64,000 nt of DNA from Chiloscyllium plagiosum (taxonomy: Eukaryota), in NCBI RefSeq assembly GCF_004010195.1, contig NC_057719.1:30956294-31020293 (forward strand), given 5' to 3'. The position numbers and the translations under genes were made by a program. Under the pieces are notes generated by a model. That model ran no database searches. It saw nothing but the letters and a program-made list of their open reading frames with translations, and was not told where the DNA came from. Positions 40,260-53,551 of this stretch are shown one piece after another. How positions within the stretch are numbered: the stretch's first letter is position 1; every line of letters starts with the position of its first letter.

Positions 40260-40670
40260 AAAAAAAGAAAAACAGCCATCCAACTTCACAAACACCAACT
40301 AGCAACTCAATGACATGATCCACTCTCCCTTAGCTCTGTACACACCGACCAAGAGCACCAACAATTCAATGGTCAAAGGACATGCTAACGAGAGAGACAC
40401 CAGAGTGTTCTTGGAAGCCTGCTTTTCAACTAGACAGGCCATCAGCACATACAGAGATTGACCCAGTGTACAAACCATTGCAGAGAAGTCCCAGAAATGA
40501 TACTCACCCCAAAAGACAGGATTGCATAAAAACCAAGTAGGACAGAACAACAGCACTTCGCGGAAGTCATCCAACATGGTAATGAAACGTGTGCACGATA
40601 ACCCAGCAGCCTTGTGAGCTAAGCAACTACCTCATCCACAACCCAAACTACAGATCTTCACGAAAACCTT
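40260..40670 (+). mobile_element. Old Penelope-like 3' fragment
   Basis: Diverged match to the HQLA...FLEA...pLTR region of the other Penelope copies. Confidence 0.6.
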
Positions 40671-41064
40671 AAATTGGTGAGGTAGAGATGTCAATGTGCA
40701 TCTGGATTCTGACACTATATTTTTGTACAGTATCAAGGGGTAATATGGGGATAGGGTATTTGACATTAGAAAATCAACAATGTTGCTCAACTTGTTCTAA
40801 AACCCCTATCATGGGCAGTCTCCTAAAATATTCTAACAAGTTTGAAATAGTGAAATGCACATAATAATCTACTCAAAGCTCGTGAGCTTTACCTCAGCTA
40901 CAAATGTGCCATCCATATCTGAATGCAAGTCTTTTTATTTTAGTGAAGTCACAAACTGAATTATTTAGAAATTAGTATCAATTATTAATAGTACTATTCC
41001 AAGAAGTTGATTAAAGTGAAAAGGAAGAAACGTGAGAACACACTTAGAATTCTTGTTACAGATG

Positions 41065-41070
41065 TTTATT
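41065..41070 (-). terminator. Candidate distal poly(A) signal for KLHL28 (3' UTR about 4.2 kb)
   Basis: AATAAA on the - strand followed by a GT/T-rich downstream element, at the end of a long, nearly TE-free stretch. Confidence 0.45.
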
Positions 41071-44014
41071 TAGCACATCCACAATGAAATGCTGTAATAA
41101 GTGACATAGCTGTACCACACGAAAGCACATGAAACCTTTAAGAAAACTGAACTGAAACGATAATGTGAACAGTCCTTTAGCACTTTTGTTCAAATAAAAC
41201 AAACAGGCAAGACATTTGTCAAACTGTAAACGAAAATGTCCTGCCATTTGCAGGCACAGAGCACATAACTATGCACACAAACATATTCTAACATTTAACC
41301 ATTTACAATCATTCCCTCATGAGTCAGAATATAAATATTAGGTTTTTTAATCTTGCTGTTCATTTACAAAGATTCAGCATTTTAAGAAAAAAAACAAACT
41401 AATCTGGTTTCAGAGGATAGCACTGCGTGTAAGGCATTTATGAAAAAATCCAGTTCTGTCAGTATTTAGTTTTAAGGCAAGCTAAAGTGACAATAGCCAA
41501 GCCTGTGTTCCTTTTACAATTCATTTGTATTTGTGAACTTTCCTTATTATCCTGTATGCAATATTATATTATAAATTGAGGCGTTTGTTTTAGGTCATTC
41601 ATTAAAATTCAAAGTTTTCAATTTTTAAAAGTTGCAATCATTGCAAATGACTCCACCCAGTTAGCTTCACAAAGAGTTGTGAGAATAAGATTAGGTGTGT
41701 CATTATTTTCATAAACTTGATAATTAAGTGAATGGATTGAATTTGGATATGGTAATAAACTGATGAACTATAAGAGCTAAACTATCCAAGTTCTCATCCT
41801 CTGTTCCAGTAACCTTAAAAACAGAAAAATTGCAAATACATATCAATTTCTCCACTGAGCAATCAAAGCATGAAAATTGTTTTATAGCTTGCCTAGGTAC
41901 AGTCCTCCCACCAATGGAGTACAGAAACAATACTCATCCAAGACATGGAATTGTTAGCAATGCATCTATACTTTTTCACAGCAAAAAAGGTTTTTTTCAA
42001 AAGTGGAAGAAACACAGCAATTCAGAAACATCATTAAATACCAGTCTACTGGTGTATTACGGAAGTCGTACGATCCAAAATGTCTCATACAGCACTGGTC
42101 AAAAGGAAATTTCTTGGCATTAAAAGGACAGAAAGCAGGAGACAGGACAACCTTGATGACAAATGATTGACAAGTTAAAATTCTAGATTAATTTTCAGGT
42201 TATGACAATGTACATATTGTAAAGTATCACATCTGAACTGATTACAAAGCATTTTCCAAAACTGAAAAAAAGTTTGTATTAGTGCACAAATGTCATTTCA
42301 GTAAATGCTCATTTTTCTTCCCCACTTGCTATTAACTTATCTGCTACTGAGATTTCCTTGTCTACAAAATTCCCTATTTTTTGTGAACAAAATAGCCACA
42401 TTTAGACAGTGGAGAATCAAGAGTCCAGCAAAAAAAGTTGCTTTGCCCATACGAACAGGTTGTCTGTGGAGCAAATTTGCAACTTGATAAATCGAGCAGT
42501 CAGAAAGCTATGCCAGAAGGTAAATGATAATGTTACAAGTTAGATCTTTTAAACTATCTAGCAAAATAGAAGTGTAACATATCGGACATGTCAGCCATTT
42601 GAATTTCAGAAGTCATTTTGAAAGTATGTAATATGTAACAAAAAAGTAAACAAACACTCCCAACTATTTTGTACTGTAGAACAAGGAGCCACAAATTACA
42701 ACTGCATTTACACTTTGATTCTAGTGTATATTAACGAAGATTTTTTTGTTGTGTATTTTAAAAACTTCTGGTTAGTTTTGGCCAGTTATGTTTGAAATTG
42801 TAAGGACTGACAGTAATTATTGCTATGACTTCAGCCACTGTCATCAAAAGTAACACTTGTGCTACTAAACCAGCAGGATGTGCAGGTTGCTCAGTCTCAG
42901 ACTATTAGTCTGTTTGTTTTGGTGGACTTTGCAAGTTTATTTACTATAACTACACTAATTTGTGGACACAAAATGCACATCATCTTGTTCTATTGTGTGT
43001 TTGGAAGGATGTGAGGATGATATCTACACAAGGAACAGTGCAAGAGTAAATTTTACTATACACACTTTACGATATTTACAGGGCACAATGGCAGTTCCAT
43101 AAATCAACCCATCCTTTCATTTACACAAGTATAAATTATACCTAATAAAAAAAGCCATATAAAAAATGTTATTGCACCTTTTTATTCAATATACTAACAA
43201 ACATTTGAAGCCTTCATATTCTCAAGTTCTCGAAACTTCCAGAAGGTTAAGTTAGAAATTAATGTGCATGATGATTCAATAAGACCTGAAAGACTAGTGT
43301 GTGTGTACACAGTCATGCAGTCTCAAAAAAAAAAGTGGTTTCTCCAATCTAAAATTTAAAATATATGACTTCCCTTGTGTACAACACTGCTGATCTTGTG
43401 AAAACACAAACTGTAGCCATAATTAAACTTCTGCCAAAAATTGTGATTTCTTTGCACAATGAGTACAGAAAAAACTGTAGTATTTTATGGAGATAATTGT
43501 GATATTTTAAAATAGTGCAGTTTGTATTCACAAGATCTATAATAAAAATCATTATATTGATTTCCCTTACTAAATCAGTTTGATTGTTTAAATTCTATTA
43601 GGAGAACCAGTTAGAATTCTACAAGTGCGATCCTTCTGCTAGAACTTTTCAAAACTCAGTTAACATACAACTTTTCTTGCATTACATACTTCAATAATTA
43701 CCTGCACATCAGCTTTGAAGTACATTCTGAACAAAAAGTCTTTCCTACAAGATGCTGAGATGAGAATGGAAAGTGACATTGAAGATGTATAAAAAGGTAA
43801 CTTAGCAGTCAACATAAATATTAGCAACCAAAGTTTGTTAACAAACACATCCACACATATTGGCAGTAGAGAAATCAAATATGAAAAGCAGATGACAACA
43901 ATGAATAGCTGAACTATTAACTCATTTTTACAATGTTAAATTGCTTTAATTGGAGTTTATTCTGCAAAGTGAGGGTTTTAAAAATATTGTAAACTCATTA
44001 CATAACTATTTCTA

Positions 44015-44130
44015 GGGCTCTTGTGGCACAGTAATAGTGTTTCTGCCTCTGGGCCAGAACGCCTGGGTTCAAATCACACCTGCTCCAGAGATGTATCATA
44101 CCATGTATGAACAGGTTGATTAAAAATATC
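44015..44130 (+). mobile_element. Short tRNA-derived SINE (similar copies at about 56172-56260 and 57690-57800)
   Basis: A-box-like TGGCACAGTAATAG and B-box GGGTTCAAATC, followed by a shared CACCTGCTCCAGAG. Confidence 0.6.
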
Positions 44131-45243
44131 TATAAATTATTACTTCAGTTTAGATTTGATTGTTCAGACACTTACTCATAAAATCATTGGATAAAAATAT
44201 TCAAAATAATTTGTGAACTGACATATTACAAAATAAATATATGTAACATCTGTGGGGTCCTGAATCCTAGGATAGCACCAGTTACTAAATCTAGTTATTC
44301 TCCCTCAATAGCAGCTGTAGAATATTACAAAGGATCACATCAACAAATCCAAAACATGCCATTAGAGCCAAATAAAATAATCATTAAAGTCTGTACTCAA
44401 AAGCCCATTAACTACCTAAATCAGAAACTGTTCCTACGTTATGTTCTGTGAATACAGGCTTGTAACCATGTTCCGAACTTCATAAACTCATTATCAAGAT
44501 ATGAAAGTATCAATTGCAACTTCATATAACCCAATTAAGAGCCCTTTTAAATATACATTTCCCTTTTGTTTCTTCAAACAACATGTCAAATATTAACAGG
44601 TGATCTCATTATGGTTCAGTTGGAAAATTGTCAAACAAACAATCATACACAGATGTTTATAGCAGGTTACATATCACTATCAGCTGATCATTCAGATCCT
44701 ACTAATTACATAAATCACATTATACAATACAAGCAAGCACACAGTGGGTAGTTGTACTGTAGTCAAAAATTGAGTTTCAGGTATGCAGCCCTTAAGTACA
44801 AACTTTCATACTGTGAAGCACTGATGTCAAATAGAACACAATAAATGCAATCAACATATATTGCACAAAAACTGACATGGACTCACATTGCATACATACA
44901 ATGGATTGATTATTGGTTTTGAATGTGTGATCCTTTCTGATTAAAAACGAGGAAGTATGGAGGTAACTGCTAGTTAACATGGAGGGGAATGCTTTATAAA
45001 GGTGAAAAAGCTCGAGCTTTGGTTAGCCCTGGCTGTTTCAGGCATCAGTGTTTCTCCCCCACAAGTGTATGTACAAATATAACCAATTCAATCGAAAACA
45101 TGAAAACTCTGCACAGTAAAAACCAACAGTGGCAGCCAAGGTTTGTAAAATTCAACAACTGAGGGCTGCAGTCTCAGTACTATTGGTCTTCTTGTCATGC
45201 AGGGTTAATTACCACAGTATGTCCTTGATAATCAAATCAACTA

Positions 45244-45407
45244 TCAAAATGCAGTCAGCCCAAAGTTGCATCGACATGACAACATGCCAGCAAAATCTGA
45301 CCAGGTATCTAAGGCTGGGTCGTACCTCTGCACCATGTTCAGATATGATGATCCTGAATGACCTCCCACCACATAGAGGTAGTTGTCTACAATGGCTGCA
45401 CCAACTC
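45244..45407 (-). CDS. KLHL28: KLHL28 last coding exon (GVGAAIVDNYLYVVGGHSGSSYLNMVQRYDPALDTWSDFAGMLSCRCNFGLTAF*)
   Basis: Acceptor tgacag|g, TGA at 45246-45244. Joined CDS is 899+444+209+164 = 1716 nt = 571 aa. Confidence 0.94.
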
Positions 45408-45614
45408 CTGTCATGGGAAGGGGAAAAAGAACCTTTTATGAAAACTCCATAGAACATGAAAAAATAAACAATATTGTGCATGTAAATGACTTGCAGTTGT
45501 GAAATACAATGATAAGAAACTTTAATAGAGGCTAGGATTACATAATCAAAATAAAAATGGTGGTTGGGGGGGGGGGGGGGGGGGGGAGAGGAGAGTTGTG
45601 TTGGAGAGAAGATT

Positions 45615-47290
45615 TTCTAAACTATATTTAGAGCATTTTCTGGATCAGTAGGATTCTGCCTGAACAATGTAGAAGGCATTGTTGGACTTGGAGAAAGAGG
45701 ATCAAACATGTCAAGTCTCGGTATGAAAACATTTACAGAACAATGATTATAGCACCACATACTTCAGGTTAGCTTAGGAAAAGACAAGGAACAATTTAGA
45801 GCAAAAACACTTAAATTCTCAAAGTTGTGAAATCAACAGAAATGGCTGGGATATATCAGGACATACTGAGAAGATTGCAGAATACTAGCTATAACCTAAT
45901 CTTTCAATTCTCCCTAGATTCAGTAGTGGTGTCAGTGGACTGGAGAACTTGAAATGTTATACCTTCATTCAAGAAAACAGTGCAAAAGATGAATACAGCA
46001 ACTACAGACCAACCGCAGCGGTGGATCAGCTTTTAGAAACAATAATCGGGGCAAATTTCAGTCATTGAAAAAAATTTGCATTAAAGATCATTTTGTTCCA
46101 GGAAAATTACAGGAATGTTTCTCAAAAACCTCAGAGGTCAGCATTTTTCTGTAAGTAATGGAAATGGTTGATGAGGACTTTATCTAAAGGTATTCAATAA
46201 ATGCACTACATCACATATTGATGTTCTTACAGTAACAGAGAAAGTAGAAGCATCGATACAACATTATGCAACAGGAAATAATAGTGGTCAAGAGTTGTTT
46301 AATAAATCAGAAAGCTTTGAATCTTGTAACAACTAGCTTGTTATGCATGATGCAACTTTCAAAAGTTGCACATTACACAAAAAGTATTCTGAACTGCAAG
46401 GAGAATAGTGATAGATTTTAAGATGATGTAGACTGATAGAACGAGCAAATGAGCAAGATAAGAAATTTAATGCAGAGATGCATGAAATGAAAACAATTGC
46501 TAGGAAGAATGCAAAGATTATTTTAAAAAGATACAGTTCTAAAGGCGGTGCAGGAAGACATGGATGGACAGTATACGTGTTTGCTCAAATTATCAAATGG
46601 TAGCAGGCCAGGTTGAGGAAATGGTGAGAAAAATAAAGGAGATGTTGGGTTATAAAATAGGGGGAGATCATAAAAGCAAGAAAATTGTGAATAAACTTTA
46701 TAAAAACACTGCTTTGGCTTCAATTCATGTATTGTGCTCAATTCTAGGCAGCATACTTTTTAGTACTATGTGTAGGCATCGGCGATGGTGTACAAAAGGT
46801 TTAGAAGAATGATTCCAGAGATGTAGTCATTCAGTTGTGTAGGTAAACAAGAACAGAGAGAGAAAGTTAAGAGGAGTCTGGATAATGAGATTTTTAAAAT
46901 CATGAGGGGTCCAGAGTAAATAGGGAGAGAAAAATAGTTCTCTCTCATGGATACCACTTCACCTGACAAAGTAGCATTCTGTAAGCTTGTAATATCAAAT
47001 AAGCCTGTTGGATTATGACCTGGTGTTGTGAGACTACTGACCCTTTAATGGATAGGGAAGAGGACAACACTCAGTTAAAAGGTGATAAGCAAGAGGACGA
47101 AGACACAGTGCATCTGATTTGGAGTGCACTGTCTAAGAGCACAGTGAAGGTCACTTCAATCATGGCTTTCAGAAGGGAATAAGGTAAGCAGCTAAGCAGA
47201 AATAAGTTTGCAGGGTCACAATTAAAGAGGGGAAAATCATAACAGCTCATGGTAAGAGCTAATATGGACACAAGGTCTCCTATGTAGTAA
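45615..47290 (+). mobile_element. Very old CR1 remnant in the last KLHL28 intron
   Basis: Faint CR1 ORF2 similarity (NYRP, KLYK, 3' UTR-like end). Confidence 0.55.
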
Positions 47291-47430
47291 TCATTCCATG
47301 ATTGTTCCATTTGAGAGAGACAATTTAAGCCACGTCTTTAACAAAATTGAAGAAACAAAATGCATAATCAATTTTTTTCGTAAACTGCTAAATCACAAGA
47401 CTATCTGTGACTATTTAGATACACATTTAC

Positions 47431-47639
47431 CTGTTCTGGGATCACTCATTGGCCTGCATAATGTCCATTGATTTTGATGGGGTTCATACCTCTCAACACT
47501 TTGCAAGTGTGACACACCATTGTGTCCGCCAACAACAAAGATGAATCCAAGCATTGAACCAACACCAAAGTTAATTCTTTTATCAGCCATTGGAGCAACC
47601 ATCTCCCAGGAATCTTTGCTTGGATCATACCGCTCCACA
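47431..47639 (-). CDS. KLHL28: KLHL28 coding exon 3 (SVERYDPSKDSWEMVAPM...MSDPRT)
   Basis: Acceptor aaatag|t, donor G|gtaaat, 209 nt, kelch repeat sequence. Confidence 0.94.
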
Positions 47640-47862
47640 CTATTTTTCCAAATAAAAGTAAAAGTAAAAACAGAGAAGCAAGTTATATCAGACAATCCTA
47701 AATCATTTCTAGAGCAAGACGAAGGGTTAGATAAATAAATGCATATGTGGCTCTCTACAAGACTACTACCAACAACTAGTAACCAACATCAATATTCAAA
47801 AACCTCAAAGAAAATAGGATGGAAATCGAAACAGTACACTCACTGCAAACTTTGGCTCCCCT

Positions 47863-48878
47863 CATTATGAAGATGTAGGTGTACCGTACATTTAAGGAGA
47901 GTTTAAAGCTAGTTGCAGAACTATCTGACAGCACCAAATGTTTTGAATAAGATACAATGTAACATGTGGTCAGACAGGTGGGGTAGCTTGTTGCCTAGAG
48001 ACAAAAACAAATTTGAATTAGGCCAGTTTAAATTATACCCCTCCCCCCAAAAAAAATCAAACTCCAATCAGGTTTGAATTTAGTATATTGACAATATTAA
48101 AAGCCAATGACAATCCGATGTTTTGGGGGTATACTTCCACAAAAAAAAATTGAACACCTGGGGGAGAACTGCCAAAAGACTAACAGTTGTAGGCTGCTAG
48201 TCAAAACTCAGAGATACCTCTCTAGAAAAGGAGTTTGCACAGAGAAAAAACATTGACACCAACCTGGAGAGGAAACCTACAAAGGGAAGATTCAACAGCT
48301 GTTTGGTTTTGAAATTTGACTTTTGGTAAATCTTAAATCGGAGGTTTTATTGGACTAGAAGGGAAAGTAAAAAGATAGATTAGAGGAAGAAGTTGTAAAT
48401 TTTGTTACTTAATTATTCTCTGTTCTACTTTAAGAAATGGGCAGCTCGGTGGCACAGTGGTTAGCACTGCTGCCTCACAGCGCCAGAGACCTGGGTTCAA
48501 TTCCCGCCTCAGGCGACTGACTATGTGGAGTTTGCACATTCTCCCAGTGTCTGCGTGGGTTTGCTCTGGTTTCCTCCCACCAGTCCAAAAATGTGCGGGT
48601 TAGCTGAATTGGCCATGCTAAATTGCCAGTAGTGTTAGGTGTTAAAGGGGTAAATGTAGGGGAATGGGTCTGGGTGGGTTGCGCTTCGACGGGTCGGTGT
48701 GGACTTGTTGGGCTGGAGGGCCTGTTTCCACACTAAGTTATCTAATCTAAATAAAGTTGTTACTTTTTACTTTAACTGGTTCTTGGCCTCTTGAATTTTC
48801 ACAGACTACTGCACAGGATAAAGTCTTTTGTGTTGCTGGTTTAAAACTAACAGAGGGGGTTTACCCCATGTCGTAACA
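47863..48878 (+). mobile_element. Probable solo LTR (about 705 bp excluding the nested SINE)
   Basis: 4-bp TSD CCCT at 47859-47862 and 48879-48882. Termini CATTATGA...TCGTAACA (left end imperfect). Internal AATAAA. Confidence 0.55.
48439..48748 (+). mobile_element. HE1-type V-SINE, full length
   Basis: tRNA-like head (TGGCACAGTGGTTAG, GGGTTCAATTCCC), V-domain TGTGGAGTTTGCACATTCTCCC...GGTTTCCTCCCAC, CR1-like 3' tail ending in TCTAA repeats. Confidence 0.88.
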
Positions 48879-49502
48879 CCCTACCATTTTTTCCACTTAT
48901 TCTTGCCTTTCTGAAGGTACGGACTCCTCCAAGGATAGTTTCATAGGTCAGAGGTTCTCTAATGCTTGTATGAGTGAGGCCATAAGTAAGTGTTGACAAC
49001 TTATTTGACTTAAGATGTCATATGTTAATTTAAAAAATTTCTTCTTCACCTCGCTCCCACAACCAGCCTCCCCCTCCTAATCAGTTATTAGTAAACTCGA
49101 TTAAAAGAAAATGTGCACACTTGCACATACTGGTAGCTACCTATTTTAAAACCGTGCCCAATTCTGACAGACAAAGAATACACATGCCTGATTTAATATT
49201 TAGCATTTAAACAAGGCTGGGCAATCAGCATTAATGGATACATTTTCAGTGTCAACACCGCAACCAGATTCCACTGCCAATCAATGAGCAATCTCATCTC
49301 GTACAGTACAAATGTTGTTTTCCTCTAAAATTGATGTTCTTACAGATTATCTTGATTAATGCATGATAAAGCATGGACAAAATGGTCTGTTTCTAAGCAA
49401 TACTCAAATACAAATCATTTTGATATCTAAAGTAAGATAACATACAACTTTATGGAAGTTTAAAATATTGAATCTTATGGGATAAACATTATACAGATTT
49501 AC

Positions 49503-49946
49503 CTGTTCATGTGAGCAGGGCCATATCCACCTATGGCATATATCATTCCATCTAAAACTGCAGCTGCAAAACAGCTTCGACTTTTCCCCATAGGTGCAAC
49601 TGGCTGCCACTTTTTGATTTTAGGAATGTATTTCTCCACAGATTGCAAGTAGTTTTCCCCATCATAACCACCTAATGCATACAGTTCACCAGCTAATACA
49701 GCCACTCCAAGCGTGCTTCGACATTCATTCATTCTTTCTGCAGTCGTCCACTTGTTTGTCTCCGGATTCCAACCTTCTACCAAATTCTCGTGTTTCCGAT
49801 AATTAATGCCTTGCTGAATGTGGGTTGCAATTCCTCCAACCACGTAAAGCTTCTGATCGACAACAGCAACTCCACATTCATAACGTGGACTACTAAGTGG
49901 TGCTAGACCTGTCCAGGAGTCTGTCTGAGGGAAGTACATCTCTACA
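49503..49946 (-). CDS. KLHL28: KLHL28 coding exon 2 (kelch repeats)
   Basis: Acceptor ttgcag|t, donor AG|gtaaat, 444 nt. Kelch GG/Y/W motifs (LYVVGG, LYALGGYDG, IYAIGGYG). Confidence 0.96.
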
Positions 49947-50116
49947 CTGCAACAGAAATGGAAAAAGAAAATGACACATTAAATGTTAGTCTGTTTATAA
50001 CAGTGTCATTTATATAATCACTTCAAAGTATCTTAAAAACACATCACAGAAGAATGAAAATACAAAATAAAATTCAGTGTCAAAGTGAATATTAGGATAT
50101 GAATAAAAAAACGTGT

Positions 50117-50870
50117 TCAAAGTTTGAGAGAAGATTTGTAGCTCGGGTGCTCATTGCTGTGGTTCTGTTCGCCGAGCTGGAAGTTTTTGTTGCAAACGTT
50201 TTGTCCCCTGTCTAGGTGACATCCTCAGTGCTTGGGAGCCTCCTGTGAAGCGCTTCTGTGGTGTTTCCTCCGGCATTTATAGTGGCCTGTCCCTGCCGCT
50301 CCCGGTTGTCAGTTTCAGCTGTCCGCTGTAGTGGCCGGTATATTGGGCCCAGGTCGATGTGTTTGTTGATGGAGTTTGTGGATGAGTGCCATGCTTCTAG
50401 GAATCCTCTGGCTGTTCTTTGTTTGGCTTGCCCTACAATGGTAGTTTTGTCCCAGTCGAATTCATGTTGCTTGTCATCTGCGTGTGTGGCTACTAGGGAT
50501 AGCTGGTCGTGTCGTTGCGTGGCTAGTTGGTGTTCGTGGATGCGGATCGTTAGCTGTCTTCCTGATTGTCCTATATAGTGTTTTGTGCAGGCCTTGCATG
50601 GTATTTTGTACACTACATAAGTTTTGCTCATGCTGGGTATCGGGTCCTTCGTTCAGGTGAGTTGTTGTCTGAGTGTGGACCCAATATACCGGCCACTACA
50701 GCCGACAGCTGAAACTGACAACCGAAAGCGGCAGGGACAGGCCACTATAAATGCCGGAGGAAACACCACAGAAGCGCTTCACAGAAGGCTCCCAAGCCCT
50801 GAGGATGTCACCTAGACAGGGGACGAAACGTTTGCAACAAAAACTTCCAGCTCGGCGAACAGAACCACAG
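50117..50870 (-). mobile_element. 5'-truncated Penelope-like element (GIY-YIG + pLTR) with inverted pLTR at about 50676-50870
   Basis: ORF VVYKIPCKACTKHYIGQSGRQLTIRIHEH. TSD TAAAAAAAYGTGT at 50104-50116 and 50871-50883. Confidence 0.9.
50796..50835 (+). ncRNA. Minimal hammerhead motif in a Penelope pLTR (one stem I mismatch)
   Basis: GCC-CUGAGGA-U-GUCACCU-AGAC-AGGGGAC-GAAA-CG-UU-UGC. The inverted copy near 50192-50232 has GCA in stem I but a GAAA-to-AAAA change. Confidence 0.6.
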
Positions 50871-51189
50871 TAAAAAAATGTGTCTTTATCTCCCCCCACC
50901 TTAAATGAATTTTGGACACAAAATCACATTGAACTCTTCATTCACTGCTGTTGCCTTTGCCTTCGTACCCATTTCTTTGGGCAAGAATACATCCCATAGA
51001 CCCCTTTACCCACCTCCAACATTCTCCCTCCACCTGAACCCCTCCTCTGGCCTTTTACTTGCACTCGAGCTTCATTGAGAACTGTCGATGTGACACGTGT
51101 CACCTCAAATTTCTCTGCCAACCTATCTCCCCTTGAACCGAATATACTTTGTGCTCTCAGATTCAATGTTGACTTTGTAATTAAGTCTG

Positions 51190-51650
51190 CTGGTGGGGTT
51201 ATTGTCGGCTGGTGCACTGACTATTACATTGCAGAGGCTTTATATTGAACTTACAGTCCAGAAGGCTGTAAAGTTCAATTTTAGGGCTTGAGGCACCCAT
51301 GTCCATACCCCAAACTCCCACAGCACGCCTGGTTATCAAAGGTTTGCTATTACACACAACCCATTGTTAACCCCTAATACTCCCCATTAGCAACTATTTA
51401 TTCTCCTAGCGTGCCCATTATTCACTCCTTTGTCCAACTGTTTTCTCTTAGAGCTCTATCACCACCTATCATTTACTTCTTACCCACTCCATCTTCTGCA
51501 TAAAAAACAACTGTTTTCCAGCTACCATCAGTTCTAAAGAAAGGTCAGTGGACCCGAAATGTCCAGATACTGCCAGACCTGCTGAGCTTTTCCAGAAATG
51601 CCAGTTTTGTTTCTGATTTCCAGAACCAGCAGTTGTTATCAGTTTTTATT
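51190..51650 (+). mobile_element. Probable Penelope-like 3' end (family C pLTR)
   Basis: Ends in a degenerate hammerhead (CTAAAGAAAGGTCAGTGGACCCGAAATGTC) and the family C tail. Confidence 0.5.
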
Positions 51651-52632
51651 TGTCAAAGAAGGCGGCTTTGGAGAATTCAGGGAGACATGGTGAAAAAGGG
51701 AGTGAGAGACAGCAAGAGTGTATTCCATTGGATTATGCAAGAGCATTTGTTAACAAAGTTGCTGAAATGACATTGGTAGATTTTAAAAAGGACAAGAATT
51801 AAGTGTTTGGGGGTGGCGGAAATACCAGAACGTGGGGCCTAGTCAGCTTAAGACATTGCAGCAGAATGGTGAAGTGACTGAAGTGGAGACTCACAACAGG
51901 CAAAATTGTTAAGGAGCAGAGATCCAAGACTTGTGTGGAGCATGTGGTAACATAAGATAGGAAGGGGAAAAGCCTTGGAGAAATGGAAAGATGAGGATTA
52001 CAAAATTGAGACATTACCAAGAATGGAGCCCTGAACATAGGATGATCAGAGCTTGCTGGAGTTATGATAGAAGCAGCAGAATTTTATAATATGAAATATT
52101 TAAAATAAGCTTAAGTTTCTGAAGGGTGGAAGTGTTACTATCATAGAGACAATTCATGGAAAAGCAAACACTATATTTTTGTGTCTTCAGCACAAAAGTG
52201 CTGGAACAAAATCAGTAGATTCAACTTGCAGCATCAGGATGGAGAGAAAGAGTGAGACAGCGTGACCGGGAAAGAGAGTGAGAGATGTGTCAAATCTGAT
52301 TACTTTTGGTCAAAACAGACAGACAATCAGAACAGTTGTCTGGAGACAACAATTGCATGGGTGTATAGTTCTGCAGTTAATGAGCTGAGGCTATGGTGAA
52401 GTTAGGCAATTAGACAACTCGGGAATGATGGGTGAACCTACACAGAATATCTTCAAATGTAAAAAAAAAATTAGAAATCCATTGCAGAGCAGTAGTCAGA
52501 GAATTTTGCCAGAATGTCTTTCCTCAAATTTGAGAGACCAAAACTGCACACAATATTCCAGGTGCGGTCTCACCAGGGCCCTGTACAACTGCAAATATCA
52601 AGATTATTTACAGAAGAATGGTCATGGATACT

Positions 52633-53551
52633 GGATGTAGGTTTGTTCATTGAGCTGGAAGGTTCATTTCCAGATGTTTCGTCACCCTACTAGGTAACAT
52701 CTTCAATGGGCCTCAGGGGAAGCACTACTGATAATTCCTGCTTTGTTTGGGTTTCTTTGGGTTGGTGATGTCATTTCCTGTGGTGAAGTCACTTCCTGTT
52801 CTTTTTCTCAGGGGATGGTAGATGGGGTCTAACTCGATGTGTTTGTTGATGGAATTCTCGTGTGATTCCAAAACACGTCCAAAAACACGTCCACTCTCCC
52901 CTACAAATGCATCTCGGAAATGACTGCGCGACTACTCAGACCCCTTGGCATCACAGTAGCCCACAAACCCACCAACACACAAACAGCAGCTAATGAACTT
53001 GAAAGACCCTATACAGACAACAAGGAAAACTAATGTCATTTACAAAATACCGTGCAAGGACTGTAACAAACACGAGATTGGGCAAACAGGCAGAAAACTA
53101 GCCACCAGGACACATGAACACCAACTAGCCACAAAAGGACATGACCCTCTCTCACTAGTATCCTTAAATACGTATGAGGAAGGACATCACTTTGACTGGG
53201 ACAACACATCCATCCTATGAGAAGCCAAACATAGACAAAGACGAGAACTCCTAGAAGCATGGTATTCCAACCGGAACTCTATTAACAAACACATCGAGTT
53301 AGACCCCATATATCACCCCCTGAGAAAAAGAACAGGAAGTGACTTCACCATTGGAAATGACATCACCACCCCAAAAGAAACCCAAACATATAAATAGAAA
53401 GCAGGAATTTTCAGCATTGCTTCATCTGAGGCCCACTAAAGAGGTTACCTAGTAGGGTGAAGAAACGTCTGGAAATGAACCTTTCAGCTCAGTGAGCAAA
53501 CCTACATCCAGAATCTCAACTTGAGCTACAAATCTTCTCAAAACTCGCTAA
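52633..53551 (+). mobile_element. 5'-truncated Penelope-like element with inverted pLTR at about 52633-52856
   Basis: NVIYKIPCKDCNKHEIGQTGRKLATRTHEH. TSD GGTCATGRATACT at 52620-52632 and 53552-53564. Confidence 0.9.

Noticed and set aside
45564..45586. Poly-G run (another at about 59275-59308) as a functional G-quadruplex
   Set aside because: Simple homopolymers, one inside a TE; lengths may be unreliable and nothing supports function.
48439..48515. tRNA-like sequence (also near 44015, 56172, 57690)
   Set aside because: These are SINE heads continuous with SINE bodies; no complete cloverleaf.
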